Below are positions 56,855 through 64,000 of a stretch of DNA of 64,000 nucleotides, piece by piece. Below the pieces are notes generated by a model that searched no databases, had not been told where the DNA came from, and saw only the letters and a list, made by a program, of their open reading frames with translations. Position numbers and translations under genes: made by a program. Source of the DNA: Chrysomallon squamiferum (lineage: Eukaryota; Animalia; Mollusca); the NCBI GenBank assembly GCA_012295275.1, contig CM022673.1, positions 9,176,001-9,240,000 on the forward strand, written 5' to 3'. Within the stretch, counting starts at the first letter, position 1; every line of letters starts with the position of its first letter.

Positions 56855-58254
56855 CTTATTTATTCTATTATTTTATTTCATTTCATTTCATTTTATTTAT
56901 TCTTAATTTTTATTTTCTTATTTTCACATTTTCAAAAATAACAAAACAGCGTAGTTAATTATATCGTTGACAAAGTTACAAGAAATTGTTATTAACAAAA
57001 TAACTAGAAAATAAAACAAATTTCAACTGAGGTCTGAATCTCCGGCTAATGTCACAAAAATCATGTAAACATTTGCTTTTAAAAATGCACACGCCAAAGC
57101 TGATACACACACAGAACGAGACAGATGTAGACATTCTTTAAAAAAAACAATAACTCACTTAAATATACACATATACACAAACCTGTACATACACAGATAC
57201 ACATACATACACTAATCCATATTATACATGTTCATTCACATTCACAAACGCACACTATAACGTACACCAGTATACACATACATACACTAAAAAAACACTC
57301 GCACGTGCGTCCTCACGCACACATATATTTCAGGGCATGCACATTATTTAAATGCACGTATATTATCACATCCGTTAATAACGGGTATTAAAAACAGCTA
57401 TATTTTTGTTACTGGGAAACACTGTTTCCTGCAACGGGGCTGGCAGTCGTAAACAGTTACTCTAGTATCTATCTGTATCACAGATTTCGGTTCTTGTGCC
57501 AAAGGGAATTTCCGCAATATCTTACAATCACCGGGACCATCTCGAAGTGCATATATCCCGGAGTCAAAGAGATCGAAACCCGCTGGCTTGTCGTAGTGGG
57601 TTCTGTGCCGTAAATTTGACACAAATCATTCATCTTGATTGTTATCAGCATTTCGAGAATAATATACCGCTGATAGAAGCCTAAGCGTCCAAATCTCTCT
57701 CTTTCGCGGCCTCAAAATCCCTTCGTGGTTACGCGTTAAATTTTGCCAGGAGAAAACCGGCTTTCCTCTTAGCTCCAGGGTAAGAGCTTAATAGTTCATG
57801 CAGGGAGTTAACAATAGGGATTCTCTTTTTTTTTTTACTTTTTTTTTTTTTTTTTTTTTTTGATTGCAGATAAAAATGTATTTTGTACATTATGCTGCAT
57901 TTTGTAGACAGGTAACTGGTTTGGTTGTAGGTTTAAGTGCACGTACTTTGAGTAAACGGGATTAAGAGAGGGATTTGTTTAATAAAGTGTTTCGTGTTAA
58001 CAAGAAGATAATTGTTAATAATTTGTGTGTGTGTGTGTGTTTTTAGCTAATCATGCGGTTAAGATTTTCTTTATGATTTTTGGGGTTTTTTTTAACTTTA
58101 TTTTTTTTTGTTATTGTTTTTGTTATTGTTACTGTTATTATTATTATTATCATCATTATATTAATATAATCATCATCATTATTAACATAAATATCATCAT
58201 CATCATCATTCTACATTATTATAGTTTTATTTGATTTCGTTCTTCTTCTTCTTT

Positions 58255-58312
<58 letters not shown>

Positions 58313-60498
58313 TTCTCATACTATTTATTATAACTACAACTATTTTAGTAGTACTATTGTTCTTACAACTTGTACTTTTGCTATAATTATTAATGTCATT
58401 GTTACCACTGTTGCTACTGCTTCTAGTGCAGTTACTACAACTACTACTTCAACAAACACAACAAAATCTGCTACTGTTTGTTACCTTTATTATTATTAAT
58501 ATCTTCACCATCGTCGTGGTCATTATTACAAATAAAAAAAAAAAGAAAAGAAAAGAAGAATAAAAATGTTTATAAAGTTCGCCAAAAATTCTTATTTTAT
58601 ATAAAACAGTTTTTCTTATTATGTCTAAATTTTCATTAGTCGCTTTTATTGTCGGTTTAAAATGATTACATCTATTCTGAGTCTTATAAATAGCTTAATT
58701 ATAATTTAGTTCTCACAGTTTAATAATTAAGTAATGCAGTATTGTTATGTAATTATATTAGTTGTTATTAAATAAATACACACGTATAAAATGACTGAAA
58801 ACATCATTTAAGAATCGGATGTATAAGACAAAAAGAAAAAATATAATACTAATAATAAATAAATAAATAAAAATTAAGAAGGGGAGAAAAAAGAGCAATT
58901 TATGTTTTACAATAATATCAAAATAAAATTTATAACCCTGTATATTAATTAATTTGTTGTGCAGATTATTAACGTAATGATAATAATGAAATGTTTCTCT
59001 TTTTTTTTTTTTTTTTTTTTTTTGCACAGTGTAAACTGAAGTATTTTTTTTATTTATTTATTCCTTATCAATCATAAGAATTTAAAAACATAAGATTAAT
59101 GGAAGGGTAACATTAATCAGGGGTGGAAATACAATTTTGAACAACGAACTGTTTTCTAGAAATGTTTATTATTTCGAGATAAAAGAAAGACTAACAATTT
59201 TATTAACAACTTTTCAAAATATTCCAAATTACGCTTCACAAATCGGTGACATAATCAGACATAGACAAGGATGAATTATACGACTTTTTCAACCAATGGA
59301 ACAAATTTGTTTATTTATTTTGCTCAAATTGCGCTTGGCACCTCCCTACTACCAATTCCAAAACTGTACACTGAATTGCGTCTTTGTTCTTTAAGGATAT
59401 TTCTTCTGTATTTAATTGAATTTTCGAGGTGAAACTTAAATAAAATCTTTCTTAAACTGAAAGAGGCTGTGAACTTCTTTCGAGTTACAAAATATATTTA
59501 TTTATTTAGAGACATGTACCATATATTTATGTAAGTTTTCTTTACAAGTACATATTTGTTCATAATTTGTAAAACAAAATATATACTGAAGATAACAAAT
59601 ATAACATTGAAGTTTTTGTTCTCATATTTTAAGTTATCTAAATAAAATAAAATGAACTGAATATATTTGTGAATAAGCTAGTCTGTTTTCTGAAAGAACA
59701 GAACATTATTTACACTGAAATCATCCAGTGTATACAATTATATTTATCAAGTTGTAATATTTGTCAACTTAAGAATAAATAAATGTTTATAAATTATTAA
59801 TTCATTAAATTTAAATATACCAAACACGAAGGAAATATTTAGTATTCATTTATTCATAATTATATTCAAAGAAACATTTTACTATGTAAAACAAGGCATG
59901 TGTAAAATAGGAACGGGGGTATGGATGAAGTAAAAAAACAAAAATAACAACAAAAATATAAATAAATAAATAAACTCCCCTAGGTTACAAAATTCGTTCA
60001 ACTTTACCCCACCTGATACCATTTTTATATGTCGCTTACTAATTATTATATCAGTTCCATTGTGTTAAATCCTTCTGCGACCCCGAGAGAATTTAAACCT
60101 TAATTTGAACAATTATGCCGTTTGCAAAGAGAGTTGTTAATCCGTCTAAATACCAGTGAATGCACACCCCCTGTTTTTGTTACGGAGTTAATCATTAGTT
60201 TTCAGCCAGGACCCGGGGGCAGTGAACGGCCACAGCTCGTATGAGAAGGAGAAGAAGAAGAAGAAGAAGAAGAAGAAGAAGAAAAAGAAAAAGAATGAGA
60301 AAGAAAGAAAGAAAAAAATAATATTACACGTTTTAACATTTCGCAACAGATTCTTCGCTTGCAGCGTTTTCACAAGTTTTTAGATGGTGTTGAGGCGCCC
60401 AAACATCTGCCGTTTGTTCCGTGTTGGCTTTTTCCTTGTCCCGCTCGGTGGGGAGCGAGCGAAAACAGAAAGATGTGTTCGTGTGAGTGAGTAGCTAC

Positions 60499-60682
<184 letters not shown>

Positions 60683-60907
60683 TGTGTCTGTGTATGTCTC
60701 TGTGTAAAAAAAAATATACGCTATTCTGCATAATATAAATTCTAATGTTAAACAAATAAGTCAAGTTACTGAATATTAAATTTAGAATATGCAAATGAAC
60801 AAAAATTATAAACAAATAAGTAAGTAAATAAATAAATAGATAAGAGAGAAATTAAAAAAACAAATAAATAATTGACAAAAATAAATAAATAAATTATTAA
60901 TAAAAAA

Positions 60908-60946
<39 letters not shown>

Positions 60947-62310
60947 AATTGTAAATGTAATAAATACAGGTAACACAGTTTTAAAGTACTATTGTTTTAT
61001 TTAGTTACTTTACTATTATTATATTATTTCCTTTACTTGTTTATTGAATTTTTAAATACTGCATTTGCTAATGACAACGGTTAGAAATTAACCAGTGTAT
61101 CCTTAATGTAATAAACAAAATTGAATGAAACGAACCCGAAAATTAAAAAAGAATATTTTTTTCTTTTCATTCTTTTTCATAACTTTAAAACAAATTCTTA
61201 TTTGACCTTAAGAAAAGATAACGTTTGTCTTTAAAATCTATTTAAAATTATGATCTACAGTGTCCAAAACAAAGGTACATTAACAGTACAAAAATCTTCG
61301 TTTTGTCTTATAAAAATTTATTTTATATAATAATTCAAACAGCTTATGTGGAATCGTTCGTAAACTTTCATATTTTGTTTTTATCTTATTCAGAATAATT
61401 CGTATGATTTTTATTTTGTTAATTTTAACTATTTATTTTAATTTCAAACACACCAACGTACACATCTTTCTCACTGTGTTTCTAAAAGCTTCAGAAAAAT
61501 GAAATAAAAAATTAAAATTTCATTGTATACTAAAATTTTCTCTCTCTCTCTCTACCTGTTTCAAAATTTAAACAATTTAGAAAAAAAAAATTTTGAAAAA
61601 CCGAATTTTTACAAATGGAATTTATTTTAAGACTGGAATCTATTTTTTGTTAAATAATTAATAAATAGTTTGTTTTTTATTTTATATTATATATATATTT
61701 AATAATTCTTTGTTTGTTTGTTTTCTTTTTTTTTTATTTTTTTTTTTTCCTTTGGAAAAAAGAAAACAAATATTGAGTTATTCACTCTGTCTGTCTGTCT
61801 GTTTGTCTCTGTGTGTGTCTACTGAAAACAAACCTTCAAATTAGCCTTTTCACTGCTTTCTTATCCTAAATGTCGGAGAAAATTTTCAATATTTATAATA
61901 CTTTATTTATGATTAATTTGACAGGATATTTAACGCTTCACTGTCTGTGATATAAATTAATATTTTAGTAGCCGGAATGATGGCGAGAGAAAGAGAGAGA
62001 GAGAGAAAAAAAAAAAAGGAGTAGCTTTAAGAAAGGAAATCAGGAACCAGATTATGAAGATTTTTCTGTTTTAAAATTAAAATATAATAAAATAAAAATA
62101 AATTAATTAATGAAAGAAAAGAAATATTGATTTTTTTTTTTTAATAATATTGTTTTCTTCTGTTTAACAGATAAAGTTAATTTATATGTTAATATCTGAT
62201 AATTTTCTAAAATAAATTATATTTCAGCTATTAAAATATTTTCTTTTTAAATGAGTAAAGGTAGGCCAAATAAATAAAATAAAATAAAATAATAAATGAT
62301 CATAAATAAA

Positions 62311-62365
<55 letters not shown>

Positions 62366-62919
62366 TTTTCCTTTAAAGATGCACCTATAAAGAATGAATT
62401 TCAAGGACATCTGTACTGTTTCATAACTGGAAAATAATTATTATCTTGATGAAGATATTTATAAACCAGCTTATTATATGCATATATTTATTCATATATT
62501 CTGAACTTATATCATAATGATAATATATATTCTCAGCTTTCATAAAATATAGTTAAAGAAACGCCCCCAAAACACACACACACACACACACATACACACA
62601 TACACACACATACATATACATTAATAAATGTATTCTAAATATAAAAAGAAAAAATACTCTGAAAGGAAAAAAAAAAAAAATAAATAAAAATATCCCATTA
62701 TAATGATGGATAAAATATTATCAAAACGTGCTAACAAATATTTTAAAAGTTTAATTTATGCAAATAAAAAACAGACAATTACTTTTTAATGATACCTAAC
62801 ATCTGATGACATAAATATTAAAAATTCATAATAATACATTTTTAATTCAAAATTATTTTATTTCTTTTTATATTATATATTTATTTATTTATTTTATTGC
62901 ATTTTATTTCATTTTATTT

Positions 62920-62950
<31 letters not shown>

Positions 62951-62991
62951 TTTTTTATTATTATTATTTTTTATTATTTATTATAACAAAA

Positions 62992-63038
62992 TTTCTCTTT
63001 TTTTTTTTTTTTTTTTCTCACTCTCTCTTCAGGTAATA
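62992..63038 (+). other. Strong candidate 3' splice site immediately followed by GTAATA
   Basis: About 39-nt pyrimidine tract, then CAG (AG at 63031-63032) and GTAATA at 63033-63038. Confidence 0.35.
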
Positions 63039-64000
63039 ACTTATTGTTCTTGCACCGAAGCCATTATTTGTATAGAAAGTTAAACTTACACGCAAGTAAT
63101 TATAATACCAAATTAGTGAAAAATTAATGATCTGTAGAAGCCTATCATATCATTATGAATATTAACACCATCCATATCATACAATAATATCCGTGCAGTC
63201 TTTTTGTCGTTGTTGGTGAAAAATTAGCAGATCTAAAAACATGTTACCAAACATGAACAAAACAATACTCTTTCTATTAATTCAGCCGAAAAATGTTAAG
63301 TGGTTAAAACTCTTTAGCCCCGCTATTAATTTGTCGTGTTAGTTCATATGGAATTAAATATAATAACTCATTCTATGGTTCAAAAAATTAAGCTTTGATA
63401 TAATATAAGCAAACGATAGCAGATGGTTTTCGAGGTGCATAATTTTATACTGGAAGGTTCGGTCATGTTGCGTTTGATCTTTTCGACTTGAAAGGATTTT
63501 TGTAAATTTTCAGTCTATGTAAATAAAAGCATAAATATTGATTATAATCAATTTGAAGTTCATGATGTGAATAGAGGAAATATAATACATAGTCGGTATC
63601 GAGATAACGAATTAGCACTATGTGAAATGACGACAAGTTATTTTAAGAAAACTAACCTTTCAACTATTTGAAAAATTGGAAATAGAATATTGAAAAGACT
63701 TAAAATTATTCCAATTTTTTTTTTTTGAAATATTTAAAATAAAAATTATATATATATATATATATCCTAAATTCTATCGAGTAGTTTTATGTAGTATATA
63801 ATAATTATGAGAGCTAATTTTCGATATAATTCCATGGAGTTAATATTCATATAATATGACTAAGCAAAAGATTAATAATGTAAAACATTATTACCTGATG
63901 AATATTTCAAACAGTTGCACTAAATCAATATTCATATATTGCCATTAAGTATAATGCTGACGTTCTATGCTAGCTAAAAATATATTGTTACTATAATAAA

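Overview
Very AT-rich, microsatellite-saturated eukaryotic DNA with no supportable protein-coding gene, intact RNA gene, CRISPR array or autonomous mobile element. The ORF track is mostly simple-repeat artefact (poly-LS/ER, poly-I/L/N/Y/T), and I recognise no domain in the remaining ORFs. The composition resembles a large invertebrate genome such as a coleoid cephalopod, but this is inference only. The main structure is about 35-40 unique, CpG-retaining islands of about 0.3-1 kb alternating with low-complexity spacers roughly every 1.5-2 kb, which looks like a gene-desert or long-intron regulatory landscape. The strongest island (about 54.9-55.4 kb) is promoter-like and is followed by + strand splice signals, including two AG|GT recursive-splice-like junctions. 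Also present are decayed tRNA-derived SINE-like fragments, two short dispersed repeats, several local tandem duplications and minisatellites, and a CAGAC/CAGACGACAG cluster at 40.4-40.55 kb. All counts and alignments were made by eye, and every functional assignment is a hypothesis.
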